Of a DNA stretch of 64,000 nt, positions 9,884 through 20,421 are shown piece after piece. The notes under the pieces are model-generated. The model had not been told where the DNA came from and searched no databases. It saw only the letters and a program-made list of their open reading frames with translations. A program made the position numbers and the translations under genes. The stretch comes from Syntrophomonadaceae bacterium. GTDB taxonomy: Bacteria; Bacillota; Dethiobacteria; DTU022. The DNA lies in the NCBI GenBank assembly GCA_007119965.1, contig SKOR01000038.1:22226-86225 (forward strand), in the 5' to 3' direction. Numbering within the stretch: the first letter of the stretch is position 1; every line of letters starts with the position of its first letter.

Positions 9884-10954
9884 TTATGCTCCCGTTTCTT
9901 TTAGTTTTTCTGATCGCTCATTGGCAATTAACTCTTCGACAAGATCATCAAGATCCCCGTTCAGAACCAGATCAAGCTTATGCAGGGTCAGATTAATACG
10001 ATGATCGGTAACCCTGTTCTGCGGATAATTGTAGGTCCGGATTCGCTCACTGCGATCCCCGCTGCCGACCATGGTCTTACGTGTTTCGGCTAACTCGGCG
10101 GTTTGTTCCGAGATATATTTATCAAGAAGCCTGCTGCGCAGGATCCGCAGGGCTTTTTCTTTGTTTTGAAGCTGTGACTTTTCATCCTGGCAGCTGACGA
10201 CAACCCCTGAGGGCAAATGGGTAATCCTTACAGCGGACTGCGTGGTATTGACGCTCTGCCCCCCCGGGCCGGTTGCGCAGAATGTGTCTACCCTCAGATC
10301 CTGAGGGTTAATGTCCACTTCTACATCTTCAACCTCGGGCAGGACCGCTACCGTAGCGGCAGAGGTGTGAATACGTCCGCCTGATTCGGTAGACGGTATA
10401 CGCTGAACCCGGTGAACCCCGCTTTCAAATTTCAGGTAACTATAAGCGCCTTTTCCCTCCACCCCGAGGATAACCTCTTTGTAGCCGCCAATATTGGTAG
10501 GATGGGAATCAACAATTTCCACTTTATAGTTCTTGTTCTCCGCGAACCGGGCGTACATTTTTAACAGGTCGGCAGCAAACAGTGCCGCTTCATCACCGCC
10601 GGTTCCGGCCCTTATTTCGATAAAAACACTCTTGTCATCATAAGGATCCCTGGGCAGGAGAAGCTCCTTTAGCTCAGCATCTAATTTATCTTTTTCTGCC
10701 GCCAGCGAATCAACTTCTGAGCGCAGGTAGTTGGACATCTCATCTTCTGAACTGTCAGCAAGCATCTCTTCAGCTTCCTGAATTTCGCGTTCAATCTCAG
10801 TTAAACGGCGGTAAAGTTCAACTATCGGCGATATTGCCGCCATCTCTCGCGACATGTTCAGCCATTCTTCGCGCTTATCCATTACGTTTGGATCGCTGAG
10901 CAGTTGCTCAAGCTCACTATAACGCTGTTCAATAGCTTCCAATTTTTCATGCAT
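9884..10954 (-). CDS. prfA: peptide chain release factor 1
   Basis: GGQ motif, PST recognition loop, RIRTYNYPQ. Confidence 0.98.
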   Translation of the reverse strand: MHEKLEAIEQRYSELEQLLSDPNVMDKREEWLNMSREMAAISPIVELYRRLTEIEREIQEAEEMLADSSEDEMSNYLRSEVDSLAAEKDKLDAELKELLLPRDPYDDKSVFIEIRAGTGGDEAALFAADLLKMYARFAENKNYKVEIVDSHPTNIGGYKEVILGVEGKGAYSYLKFESGVHRVQRIPSTESGGRIHTSAATVAVLPEVEDVEVDINPQDLRVDTFCATGPGGQSVNTTQSAVRITHLPSGVVVSCQDEKSQLQNKEKALRILRSRLLDKYISEQTAELAETRKTMVGSGDRSERIRTYNYPQNRVTDHRINLTLHKLDLVLNGDLDDLVEELIANERSEKLKETGA

Positions 10955-11015
10955 TTAGGGTCACCTCAAAAAAAAACCACTTTCACAGACAAAATTTAAT
11001 TATTCCTGTCGGACG

Positions 11016-11047
11016 AAAAAGGAGCAGAGCACTTATGCCCTGCTCCC
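11016..11047 (-). terminator. intrinsic terminator after rpmE
   Basis: GGAGCAGGGCA-TAAG-TGCTCTGCTCC followed by TTTTT. Confidence 0.75.
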
Positions 11048-11051
11048 TGGC

Positions 11052-11249
11052 TTACATTCCGTATTTGCGCTTAAAGCGCTCAACACGTCCTCCGGTATCA
11101 ACAAACTTCTGTTTTCCGGTAAAAAAGGGATGGCACTTCGAACATATTTCCACTTTCAGGGTTTCATTGGTGGAACCTGTTTCAAAAGTTTCGCCGCACG
11201 CACAACTGACTATGGTACGGTGATATTTTGGATGCAGATCAGTTTTCAT
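11052..11249 (-). CDS. rpmE: 50S ribosomal protein L31 (Zn-binding form)
   Basis: MKTDLHPKY, CxC..CxxCHPFFTG; AGGAGG RBS favours ATG at 11249. Confidence 0.97.
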   Translation of the reverse strand: MKTDLHPKYHRTIVSCACGETFETGSTNETLKVEICSKCHPFFTGKQKFVDTGGRVERFKRKYGM

Positions 11250-11349
11250 TCGTTTCAACCTCCTTCTTCACTCCTAATAACAAATAATAACATATTGTCT
11301 TACATTCTGCAACAGCACAGCGCCGTGATTCAAGCGGCGGCGGAATAAA

Positions 11350-12600
11350 TTACATGGTATGCATGTTGCTTAAAAATTCTTCGTTTGACTTTGTTTTTCT
11401 GAGCCTGTCCATCAGAGCTTCAAGAAATTCGACACTGGTGCTGCTGCCCATTGCTTTTCTGAGCGCCCACATCAGCTCTATTTTGCGTTCATCAAGCAAA
11501 AGCTCTTCACGGCGGGTTCCGGACCTGGAAATATCCATGGCAGGGAAAATCCTGCGCTCGGCGATGCGCCGATCAAGGTGCAGCTCCATGTTGCCTGTGC
11601 CTTTGAATTCTTCATAAACCACGTCGTCCATTCGGCTGCCCGTATCAACAATCGCAGTTGCCAGCACAGTAAGACTGCCTCCACCGTCAATATTTCGCGC
11701 CGCTCCGAAGAAACGTTTCGGTTTGTAAAAAGCGCCCGGGTCAATACCGCCGGAAAGAGTTCTGCCGCTGGGCGGTATAACCAGGTTATATGCCCTGGTC
11801 AACCTGGTTATGCTGTCAAGCAGAACCGCCACATCACGCCCCTGCTCAACAAGACGTTGTGACCTTTCAAGGACCAATTCGGCAATATGGATGTGGTTTT
11901 CGGGCTTCTGATCAAAGGTTGAACTAACCACATCGGCATTGACACTACGCTCCATATCGGTAACCTCTTCAGGCCTTTCATCAATAAGCAGTATAATCAG
12001 CTCGATTTCAGGGTGGTTAACAGATATACTATTTGCCAGCTGTTTAAGCAGCATAGTTTTCCCTGCTTTTGGCGGCGATACAACCAGGCCTCTCTGTCCC
12101 TTGCCGACGGGTACTAACAGGTCAATAATCCTGGTGGAAAGTATGTTCTGTTTAGTTTCCATTCGAATAACATCTTCGGGATGGATCGGGACCAGGTTTC
12201 GGAAATTTTTACGGTTGGCCAGGCGATCCGGTTCTTCTCCGTTAATTTGCTCAACCTGTAATAAGGCGTAGTACCTTTCATTGTCCTTGGGAGGACGAAT
12301 GCGGCCTGTGATTATATCACCCGTCCGCATGTTGAAGCGTCGGATCTGTGAAGCGGATATATATATATCATCTTCAGAAAAATAATATTTTTTCCGCCGC
12401 AAAAACCCAAAGCCGTCCGACATGATCTCAAGCATCCCTGAGGCGCTGTGCTGTTCGCCATTTTCAGAAAACAGCCTGGTCAGCGTTTCCACCAACTCTT
12501 GCTTGCGCATAGTAGACTGCCCTTTAATTTCATGCTCCTTAGCCAAACGGTGCAAGTCATTCAAAGTCATTGTTTTTAATTTTTCTGTATCCAAAACCAT
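11350..12600 (-). CDS. rho: transcription termination factor Rho
   Basis: [30 protein letters not shown]; likely start MVLDT at 12600. Confidence 0.98.
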   Translation of the reverse strand: MVLDTEKLKTMTLNDLHRLAKEHEIKGQSTMRKQELVETLTRLFSENGEQHSASGMLEIMSDGFGFLRRKKYYFSEDDIYISASQIRRFNMRTGDIITGRIRPPKDNERYYALLQVEQINGEEPDRLANRKNFRNLVPIHPEDVIRMETKQNILSTRIIDLLVPVGKGQRGLVVSPPKAGKTMLLKQLANSISVNHPEIELIILLIDERPEEVTDMERSVNADVVSSTFDQKPENHIHIAELVLERSQRLVEQGRDVAVLLDSITRLTRAYNLVIPPSGRTLSGGIDPGAFYKPKRFFGAARNIDGGGSLTVLATAIVDTGSRMDDVVYEEFKGTGNMELHLDRRIAERRIFPAMDISRSGTRREELLLDERKIELMWALRKAMGSSTSVEFLEALMDRLRKTKSNEEFLSNMHTM

Positions 12601-12613
12601 CCACCACCTTTTG

Positions 12614-13615
12614 TTAATTACCACCGGACCTGAATAGCAGGTAGGCTGCGGTAAAGTAGCCTGCCAGCACCAGTAATGTATCAAATCCTATACGGCCAAT
12701 CTTCTTTTCTGAACGGTAGACCATGCCAAAGATGATCGTTGTAGTGATCAGGATCACTATCAGCGCTGAAGCAAGGTGACTACCTGAAACGTTATAGAGC
12801 AGCGGTTCCGGCAGATAAAACAGATCCGCCAGGAAAACAATAAACAGGTTCATAAAATTCGCCCCGAAAACATTGGCAACCGCCATATCAAGATAGCCCA
12901 TCCGCACGGCCGAAAAGGTTGTAACTGTTTCGGGAAGCGATGTGCTGACTGCCAAAAATATTGAACCGACAAATGTATGGCCCAAACCGGTTTCCAGGGC
13001 AATCCGGTCGGATGCATCGGTCACCAGAACCCCTGCTGCAATTATTAACACGGCTGCCAGGGCAAAGTTCAGCAATGCGCGTCTCGTAGAAACAGTGACA
13101 CCGGGAGTATGCATCTCTTCTGCGCCTCCCGGCCGGAAGAGATTTCTGCGTTCATAGCGATATAAAAGCCTGTTACCGTAAATGAAAACAACCGCTATGA
13201 GGAGGGTTTCCATGCCAACCCAACCAACAGGAACGTAGACAATACCGAGCATTGCAATGGAAGCAAGGCAAATAGTGGTTATGCTCAGGGAGGCTGTGAT
13301 AATGTGTCCCTGGTTAAGGCGGGCGGTCATCGGCCCTTTGCCTGAAACAATATCTATCACGGCGAGCAGGGACAGGTTGAAAAGACAGCTGCCCAGGACA
13401 TTGCCCAGCGCCAGGTCAGGAGCATCTATAGATACTGCCCTTATTGTTGTTACCAGTTCCGGAAGTGACGTAGCCAGCGGCAGCATAAGCGCCCCAATCC
13501 AGGCCGTGCCAATTCCAGTATTTTCTGCAACGACAGCCGCGTTTTTGGTCAGCTTGGTTCCCGCAAAAATTATGAGTACCGCACATAGAAGAAACTGTAT
13601 CCATGGATTGACCAT
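12614..13615 (-). CDS. Na+/Ca2+ (CaCA, YrbG-like) antiporter
   Basis: Two TSLPE alpha repeats with GNVLGS / ANVFGAN. Confidence 0.9.
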   Translation of the reverse strand: MVNPWIQFLLCAVLIIFAGTKLTKNAAVVAENTGIGTAWIGALMLPLATSLPELVTTIRAVSIDAPDLALGNVLGSCLFNLSLLAVIDIVSGKGPMTARLNQGHIITASLSITTICLASIAMLGIVYVPVGWVGMETLLIAVVFIYGNRLLYRYERRNLFRPGGAEEMHTPGVTVSTRRALLNFALAAVLIIAAGVLVTDASDRIALETGLGHTFVGSIFLAVSTSLPETVTTFSAVRMGYLDMAVANVFGANFMNLFIVFLADLFYLPEPLLYNVSGSHLASALIVILITTTIIFGMVYRSEKKIGRIGFDTLLVLAGYFTAAYLLFRSGGN

Positions 13616-13880
13616 TTTGCTCCCGGGGTATGAAACTATTTAGTATTGAAGCAGATTTATAATATTGCGTTAATCGGCAATGTCAACCTTGATTTCCTTT
13701 ATGAAGGGGGATAGATAAATTATAAAACCAACACGATAAAACTTCAGGATATTAAGCTGCATAAAGGATTAACCGGTATATTAATATCTTTCGGTATCTT
13801 ATATTCGCTACAGATAACAATATTCCTGCTAACCGGGTTTAATATTCCCGACTTCCCGGCCGAAAGTCTAATTTCTTCGC

Positions 13881-14507
13881 TCAACGAAAGTCACGGTTTA
13901 TAATAAAGGGGTTGCTCCCGGCCTCCGCGCCTATTGTGGTTGCCGGCCCGTGCCCCGGATAAACCACTGTCGCGGGGTCTAAAACCAGAAGTTTCCGATT
14001 AATGCTTTCCATGAGGTCATTGTATGAACCTCCGGGCAAATCAGTCCTCCCGACCGATCCGGCAAAAAGGGTGTCTCCGCAAAATACTGCAGAATCGGTC
14101 ATGAGACATATTCCGCCTTTCGTATGGCCGGGCGTTTCAATAACTCCCAGGGTACAGCTCCCAAAGTTAACCCGATCGCCTTCCCCGATAAACTTGTCCG
14201 GGTGAGGCTGTTTGCGCAGAACCAGTTTCAAACCAAAACCGGGGTTTTTATAAAGTTCTAAATCTTTTGCATTAAGCAAAACCGGGGCTCCAAATTCTTC
14301 TCGAAGCTTTCCATTTGCACCTATATGATCAATGTGTCCATGGGTATTAATGATACAGTTTATCCTTAATTGTAGAGTTTTAATAGTATCGGCAATTTTT
14401 TTGCCTTCTGCGCCAGGATCAATTACGACAGCTTCATTCGTCTCGGGACAGGAAACAAGGTAACTATTTGTGGCAAACATACTTACCGTGATTGCCTTAA
14501 CTCTCAC
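13881..14507 (-). CDS. MBL-fold metallo-hydrolase (glyoxalase II/YcbL-like)
   Basis: THGHIDH, TPGHT, GDTLFAGSVGRTD, PGHG. Confidence 0.9.
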   Translation of the reverse strand: MRVKAITVSMFATNSYLVSCPETNEAVVIDPGAEGKKIADTIKTLQLRINCIINTHGHIDHIGANGKLREEFGAPVLLNAKDLELYKNPGFGLKLVLRKQPHPDKFIGEGDRVNFGSCTLGVIETPGHTKGGICLMTDSAVFCGDTLFAGSVGRTDLPGGSYNDLMESINRKLLVLDPATVVYPGHGPATTIGAEAGSNPFIINRDFR

Positions 14508-14554
14508 GAGGCACTTCCTTTCACTTAAACCGACCGCTGGGATTTATTCAGGTA

Positions 14555-15490
14555 TTATCGGCCTTTTGCGGCGCTCTCCCAGTCGATGGTTTTGCAAATT
14601 GCAGGCAGCAGGTCTGTTAAATCTGTTAGGCCTGGTTCAAGGTAACTGCGCAGCACCCTGTTTCCCACCAGCAGGGCCGGGACCTGATTATAGGTGTGGC
14701 CCCTTCCGGAAACATCCTCCAGGTTGCCGTGGTCACTGGAGACCAGGAGCATTGTTTGATCAGGATCGATCAAGTCGGCAAGGGTGCCGATAAAACGATC
14801 CAGGATGGCAATCACACGGGCAGCTTCAACCCGGTCAGCCATATGCCCGGCAAGATCACTGAGAAAGTATTCGAAAAGACAGAAATCATAGTTTTTGCTA
14901 ATTGCAACCAGACGACCGGCTCCTTCTTCAGGAGTGATTAACGGCAGGTTAAAGCCCATCCGCCGTAAAATATCATTTGTGATATCCATATACAGGGCCC
15001 GTCCCTCTTTTAAGTCACTCAGGCCATAAAAGGGCAGGCCTCCGTAATAGGTAACCAGGGTTGAACAGGAATAGCGGTTACCGGGCAGGCCCCTGTTCAG
15101 CATTTGGAAAAACATTGGCCTGTAGGCATTGGCAAAGATTACTTTTCTACCCTTCTTTTTCAATTGGCGAAAGATGCCTTTGGCGGACAGCAGCCTTCTC
15201 AGCCTGATTTCCGGGTAACCGTTTAAATGGCAGCCTAAAATGGCAGGCGCATTTACACCGGTAAAAATAGAAGCCTGGCCGGTTGCGCTTTGCGGGAGGC
15301 CCGGAACACCAAGGGCGGCATCCAGCCCTACCAGGGATGCCTTGCAGCCGGCATGACCGGCTGACGCGCAGGTCAACCGCTTGCCATCAAGGATCTTTGT
15401 TAATCCGGGCGTCTCGTTTACATAAAAGGGGTTGTCCTGCTGTTCTTTTCCCAGACCAACCCCGTCAACAAAAACAAAGAGCAGGCGCAA
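14555..15490 (-). CDS. alkaline-phosphatase-superfamily metalloenzyme (iPGM/phosphopentomutase-like)
   Basis: FVDGVGLG, PQSATGQ, DLAGH, SDHGN, HT metal ligands. Confidence 0.75.
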   Translation of the reverse strand: MRLLFVFVDGVGLGKEQQDNPFYVNETPGLTKILDGKRLTCASAGHAGCKASLVGLDAALGVPGLPQSATGQASIFTGVNAPAILGCHLNGYPEIRLRRLLSAKGIFRQLKKKGRKVIFANAYRPMFFQMLNRGLPGNRYSCSTLVTYYGGLPFYGLSDLKEGRALYMDITNDILRRMGFNLPLITPEEGAGRLVAISKNYDFCLFEYFLSDLAGHMADRVEAARVIAILDRFIGTLADLIDPDQTMLLVSSDHGNLEDVSGRGHTYNQVPALLVGNRVLRSYLEPGLTDLTDLLPAICKTIDWESAAKGR

Positions 15491-15505
15491 TGCTAAGCCT
15501 CCGTT

Positions 15506-16747
15506 TTATTGATCCGAGTCTTCTTCAGTCTCCCCATTTTCCGGGGCTTCAAATTCAGGCTCACCGGGTTCGGGTTCCCAATCATCAGGCTCTATATCTT
15601 CCTGCCATTCCCATTCTTCCGGCCGCTCATCAAGGGTAACCTCAACGCTCATCCTCTCACCGTCACGGTAAAAGGCAACTATAAGAGTATCGCCCGGATG
15701 GTAGTCCAGCAAGCGATCGAAGAGCTGGGCCAGGTAATTAATATCGCGGTCATCCATCGCAACAATTACGTCTCCGGCCTGCAGCCCGGCTTCATCGGCA
15801 GCGCTGTCAGGGACAACTTCAATAATCAGGACGCCCTGATCAGGAGCTTCATCACTATACAACGGCCAATCATCAATTATCACACCAAGGTGCGGCCTGA
15901 TTACCCGGCCGTGCTCCATTAAATCATCCATTACCCTGCGTACGGTATTGCTGGGAATAGAAAGGCCAATTCCCTCGACGCCCATCAGCGATATCTTGGC
16001 CGTGTTAATACCGATAATTTCACCGTCCAGGTTTACAAGCGGGCCGCCGCTGTTTCCGGGGTTAACCAGGGCATCGGTCTGCACAAATGAATATGCATAA
16101 TTGCCTCCGGGAAGCCTGACCTGACGATCTACAGCGCTGACAATTCCTGCGGTAACCGTCTGTTGAAAATAACCGAGCGGGTTGCCGATTGCAGCCACTG
16201 TTTCCCCGACCCTCAAACTGCCTGAATCGCCAAGCGCCATGGCAGTCAGCCCGGTCTCATCTATCTTAAGCAGGGCCAGATCGGTTAAAACATCCTCGCC
16301 TACAAGCTCGGCTTCATAGCGTCCCCTGTCCGGCAGCAGAATCGAAATGTTGTCTGCATTTTCAATGACATGGTGATTTGTAATTATATAGCCGTCAGTT
16401 GAAATCAGCACTCCTGAACCCGATTCGGCAGGCTCGAGACGTTCTTCACCAAAGCGGTCCACATAAACCTGCCTGCTTACACCGACAACTGCAGGCATAA
16501 CTTCTTCCGCAACATCGATCAAGCAGGGTCCTGCAGCAGGTTGCTCTCCGGGTGCAACCGCTACCGGCTCATCATCCGCGGCTTCCAATGGAAGCTCATC
16601 TATATCAGGGGCCAGGATAAAAACAAACAACCCGTAAACCAGGGCAGCTCCTAGAAGAATGCCAAGGACCCCAAATGAAAGGTAGCCGATAAAAGACCAG
16701 AACCCACCGCGATTCGAACTTGTATAGTGGCCATGATGTTGTTTCAT
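15506..16747 (-). CDS. htrA: HtrA/DegP-family serine protease with PDZ domain
   Basis: TNHHV, TDLALLK, GNSGGPL, C-terminal PDZ; N-terminal TM helix. Confidence 0.93.
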   Translation of the reverse strand: MKQHHGHYTSSNRGGFWSFIGYLSFGVLGILLGAALVYGLFVFILAPDIDELPLEAADDEPVAVAPGEQPAAGPCLIDVAEEVMPAVVGVSRQVYVDRFGEERLEPAESGSGVLISTDGYIITNHHVIENADNISILLPDRGRYEAELVGEDVLTDLALLKIDETGLTAMALGDSGSLRVGETVAAIGNPLGYFQQTVTAGIVSAVDRQVRLPGGNYAYSFVQTDALVNPGNSGGPLVNLDGEIIGINTAKISLMGVEGIGLSIPSNTVRRVMDDLMEHGRVIRPHLGVIIDDWPLYSDEAPDQGVLIIEVVPDSAADEAGLQAGDVIVAMDDRDINYLAQLFDRLLDYHPGDTLIVAFYRDGERMSVEVTLDERPEEWEWQEDIEPDDWEPEPGEPEFEAPENGETEEDSDQ

Positions 16748-16837
16748 TGAGAAATACCTCCTCTCCTGTATAGTTTATCTCATATACCTCGCACCGTAAA
16801 GATACTGCCTGTCGGCAGGCTTTACAGGTATATTACG

Positions 16838-18127
16838 TCAGTCAACTTTGCCTGATTGCCGGTCGTAGCTTTCATCAGCTGTGCGATAGATGGAGGCTCC
16901 CAGGCCTGTCAACTTACCTTCAAAGTTATCATAGCCCCGGTCTACATGATCCACAGCACTGATCTGGCTTTCGCCGTCAGCAGTTAGCGCGGCAATTATC
17001 AGCGCTGCGCCCGACCTTAAATCAGGCGCCGCGACAGGAGCTCCGGTCAGGGGCATACCACCCTCAATCAGGGCGGTTCGCCCTTCAACTTTGATCCGGG
17101 CCCCCATTCTCTTCAATTCATTGACATGATTATAGCGGCCGTCAAAAACATTTTCTGTTATTACACTGAGGCCTTCGGCTGCTGTAAGCAGTACCATGCC
17201 CGGCGGCTGAAGATCCGTCGGAAAGCCCGGATAGGGAAACGTTTTTAAATCTGACGACACCAGCGGGGCCGTTCCATCGACAGTAATTTTTTCAGGGTCA
17301 ACCTCAACTTTAGCTCCTATTTCCCTGATTTTTGCAGTTATCGCCTCAAGGTGCTTCGGAATAACATCCTCCACGGTTACACGGCCCCTTGTGGCTGCTG
17401 CAGCCATCATAAATGTTCCGGCTTCAATCCGATCAGGAATTACAGTGTGCACAGCACCTTTGAACTTTTTAACCCCATCTATTCTTATGACATCAGTCCC
17501 TGCTCCCCTGACTGATGCTCCCATCGCGTTCAGAAAGTTAGACAGGTCGACAATTTCAGGTTCCTTGGCCACATTTTCCAGGATTGTCCTGCCTTCTGCG
17601 GCAGCGGCAGCCAGCATCAGGTTTATGGTTGCCCCTATGCTGACGACATCCAGGTACACGCGGGCACCGGTTAATTTTTGGGCAGTAAGTTTGATCATGC
17701 CGTGTTCAATGTTAATGTCCGCCCCCAGGGCCGTAAAACCCTTTAAATGCTGATCTATCGGCCTTGGTCCGAGATCACAACCTCCCGGGATAGGCACCTC
17801 CGCCCTGCCAAAACGAGCCAGGAGACTGCCCATAAAGTAGTAAGAGGCTCGCATTTTTTTAACAAGCTCGTAAGAAGGGGCAATTTTAGAAATGCTGCCC
17901 GGGGTGAGCTCCAGGGAATCCCTTCCACGCCTGCGGATGGAAACCCCGAGATTTTCCAGTATTTCAATCATTGTCCGAACGTCTGTAATATCAGGCAAAT
18001 TCTCAAGGCAAACGGTTTCTGAAGTCATAACTGACGCCGGCAGCAGTGCTACCGCAGAGTTTTTTGAACCGCTTATTTTTACGCTGCCTGACAGGGCTGT
18101 TTTGCCCTTTACAATAAATTTTTCCAT
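16838..18127 (-). CDS. murA: UDP-N-acetylglucosamine 1-carboxyvinyltransferase (MurAB-like)
   Basis: GSKNS, MRASYY, PGGCDLGPRPIDQH, PDRIEAGT, GFPTDLQ. Confidence 0.97.
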   Translation of the reverse strand: MEKFIVKGKTALSGSVKISGSKNSAVALLPASVMTSETVCLENLPDITDVRTMIEILENLGVSIRRRGRDSLELTPGSISKIAPSYELVKKMRASYYFMGSLLARFGRAEVPIPGGCDLGPRPIDQHLKGFTALGADINIEHGMIKLTAQKLTGARVYLDVVSIGATINLMLAAAAAEGRTILENVAKEPEIVDLSNFLNAMGASVRGAGTDVIRIDGVKKFKGAVHTVIPDRIEAGTFMMAAAATRGRVTVEDVIPKHLEAITAKIREIGAKVEVDPEKITVDGTAPLVSSDLKTFPYPGFPTDLQPPGMVLLTAAEGLSVITENVFDGRYNHVNELKRMGARIKVEGRTALIEGGMPLTGAPVAAPDLRSGAALIIAALTADGESQISAVDHVDRGYDNFEGKLTGLGASIYRTADESYDRQSGKVD

Positions 18128-18190
18128 GATGACCTCCCGTAGGTGCTTAAGTCAGATACTTTCCGAATCCCGGCTACTTTCTAAAAATAA

Positions 18191-19078
18191 CTAGGGAAGC
18201 TGTTCCGGTATAATAGTATCCTGTTCGATATTGCCTGTAAAAGCATTGATATAATGCCGGTCATTTCCGTCGAGCTCAATTCGCCAAACCGGAGGGATCT
18301 CCCATTTTTCAGCATCATACTCTCCGCTGAAATAACCCAGCTTTATCGCCTCGATATCTCTCGGCACAGGACTAGGCCCCAGCCTGTCGACAAGGTTCTG
18401 CAAAGCCTCGGCGGCCGAAATCACTTTCATTTCTCTCAGGGGCAGCCTGTCAACCGGGTTCAGCCAGTATATCTCAATTATATTAACTTCGCCCGCTTCA
18501 AGAATTACTTTCAGCTGGCCCGCATAAATCGGCATTTCCTGATATACCTGGTAATAATTAAAGTTGATAAAACCGGCATCGCTCTTTTCCATATAATCGA
18601 AAACGGCTCCTTCAGGCATTAGCTTCTCTTCCTCAATAAAATTATCGACCAGCTCGGTTAACCTGTGCGCCTCGATGCCGGCTGCATCTTCGACAAGCCT
18701 TACGCCCGGTTCATAGATCACCCGGATCAGGCCGCTTGAATAGACGACGGCTGTCTCATTGTCTGCCCTGTAAGCAGTTGCATTATCAGATTCAACGACA
18801 TGAGCCCCTTTTTTGATAAATTCCTGCAGGACTTCGCCCTGAAAGCTCCGGGCTGGCTCTACGGTCAGAAAATCGCTGACATGAACAGACCGGCTGAGGG
18901 TTGTTTGGAGAAAATAGTTGTTTTCGCTGAGCATAACCTCTGTGGCCTGCAAATCCTCAGCAGTTACGGCAACCCTGGTCATACGGCCGAAATCAGGCCA
19001 AAAAAGATGGTAGCCGAGAAAGAGGTTTAAACCGGCAAAAGCAATTATTAGAATCGACTTGGCGCGGCCAAGGTTCAC
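18191..19078 (-). CDS. yycI: WalRK regulatory protein YycI
   Basis: MNLGRAKSILIIAF.LNLFL N-terminus, PVWRI..YINAF C-terminus; position after yycH. Confidence 0.85.
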   Translation of the reverse strand: MNLGRAKSILIIAFAGLNLFLGYHLFWPDFGRMTRVAVTAEDLQATEVMLSENNYFLQTTLSRSVHVSDFLTVEPARSFQGEVLQEFIKKGAHVVESDNATAYRADNETAVVYSSGLIRVIYEPGVRLVEDAAGIEAHRLTELVDNFIEEEKLMPEGAVFDYMEKSDAGFINFNYYQVYQEMPIYAGQLKVILEAGEVNIIEIYWLNPVDRLPLREMKVISAAEALQNLVDRLGPSPVPRDIEAIKLGYFSGEYDAEKWEIPPVWRIELDGNDRHYINAFTGNIEQDTIIPEQLP

Positions 19079-20421
19079 AAAAGATCCTCCCCCCTGATAG
19101 GCTCAAGCTGATATGCATCTAAAATATAAGCCTTTCCGTTAATCTTTATCCGCCATACCGGCTGTCCCCTGTAACCATTAGATAAGTCACGGACTGCATA
19201 GCCCAGGCACAATTCCTCGAGTCGCATGATATTTCCACTTTCGGGCGCCTGCTCATTCAATAAGTAGACCGCTGCATCAAGTGCATCGTTCCATGCTGCA
19301 ACAGGTTTTTGTTCCCTGTCTTCCGGAGTAAAATCGCCGGGGACAAATATGGAACGGTTGTAATGAATTAACCCGTTATCGTTAAACAACGCCCTCGTCG
19401 GTTGACGGGTAAAGATTGGGAAACCGTTGTAATACATATTCCATTTCGCGTTGTAATATACTGCCCTGCCCCACCCCGACAGGTTAAGCTCTTCCAGGCG
19501 AAGGCTTTCCGGCCACCCTCCATGGTAGCTGATTAGACTGCTGCTGTTAAACAGGGCGTCCGGGTATGCTGCAGTAACCTGCCCTTCTTCCTTCTGGGGT
19601 GAAGAATATTCCAGGCCGGTGCTGGTTAAACGCAGCCCTTTGTCACCATCAGTATAGATTAAACCCCCATCTTTCTCTTCGATGATCCGGGCCATGTTAT
19701 AATCCACAAAAAATGTTTTCAGGATTAAACTCCGGTCGATATCTTCAGCTCTCAGGTTCAGCTCATCCATGTAAACAGGTTCCAGTGGCACATAGATGTT
19801 TCCACTTATTTCTAACCCGGATTTGAGTTGCTGATCCTGCTGTTCTGCTGATAGTACAGTATACAGCGTTTTGCCTGCCAAAGAAACTTCCTCCAGCATT
19901 TCACTGAAAACCGCTGCTCTTGCTGAAGACAGCTGCAGGTAAATTTCATTGTTACTGCCGGCCTCAGCCAGCGCCAGCCATTTTTGGCTCTCGTTCGAAT
20001 AAACTTCAATCATGCTAACTTCGGTATACGCGGCATCAGGAAGCCAGGGCAGCTCTTCGCCGACAGGAAGTACCGGATCCAGGTAAAAGGCCAAAACCTT
20101 TACAGAATCCTCAGGCAGCGCTTCTTCTTCCATAGCTGCATCAAATCTAATCTGCTGCAGGATTAACGATAAAGTATCCCACAGGCTATCGTATTTTGCT
20201 TCCCCTTTTTTAAAAATGTACGACCCTTCTTCAGCGCGCAGCACAATATGGCCCGGTGTCAGGACATTTTCCAGGGAACGTGGCTCCTCAACCAGGATTC
20301 TTTCATAAATATCTTCTTCAACCAGCTGGGCCGGTTTTTCCCCGTACCATAACTGGTAGGTTAAAAGCAGGCTCAGGCCTACCAGAAAAAAAAGCAGTGC
20401 ACTTTTAACTTTTTCCATCAT
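19075..20421 (-). CDS. yycH: WalRK regulatory protein YycH
   Basis: MEKVKSALL..LSLLLTYQLW N-terminus; directly after walK. Confidence 0.82.
   Translation of the reverse strand: MMEKVKSALLFFLVGLSLLLTYQLWYGEKPAQLVEEDIYERILVEEPRSLENVLTPGHIVLRAEEGSYIFKKGEAKYDSLWDTLSLILQQIRFDAAMEEEALPEDSVKVLAFYLDPVLPVGEELPWLPDAAYTEVSMIEVYSNESQKWLALAEAGSNNEIYLQLSSARAAVFSEMLEEVSLAGKTLYTVLSAEQQDQQLKSGLEISGNIYVPLEPVYMDELNLRAEDIDRSLILKTFFVDYNMARIIEEKDGGLIYTDGDKGLRLTSTGLEYSSPQKEEGQVTAAYPDALFNSSSLISYHGGWPESLRLEELNLSGWGRAVYYNAKWNMYYNGFPIFTRQPTRALFNDNGLIHYNRSIFVPGDFTPEDREQKPVAAWNDALDAAVYLLNEQAPESGNIMRLEELCLGYAVRDLSNGYRGQPVWRIKINGKAYILDAYQLEPIRGEDLL

Noticed and set aside
12600-12684. N-terminal extensions of Rho (and likewise WalR, RsmG, Adk, DnaA) in the ORF track
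   Set aside because: Longest-ORF artefacts; downstream starts give the typical protein length and mostly have SD-like motifs.
13690-13800. AT-rich spacer as small RNA or small ORF
   Set aside because: No convincing structure or RBS-linked ORF; explained as a region with tandem promoters.
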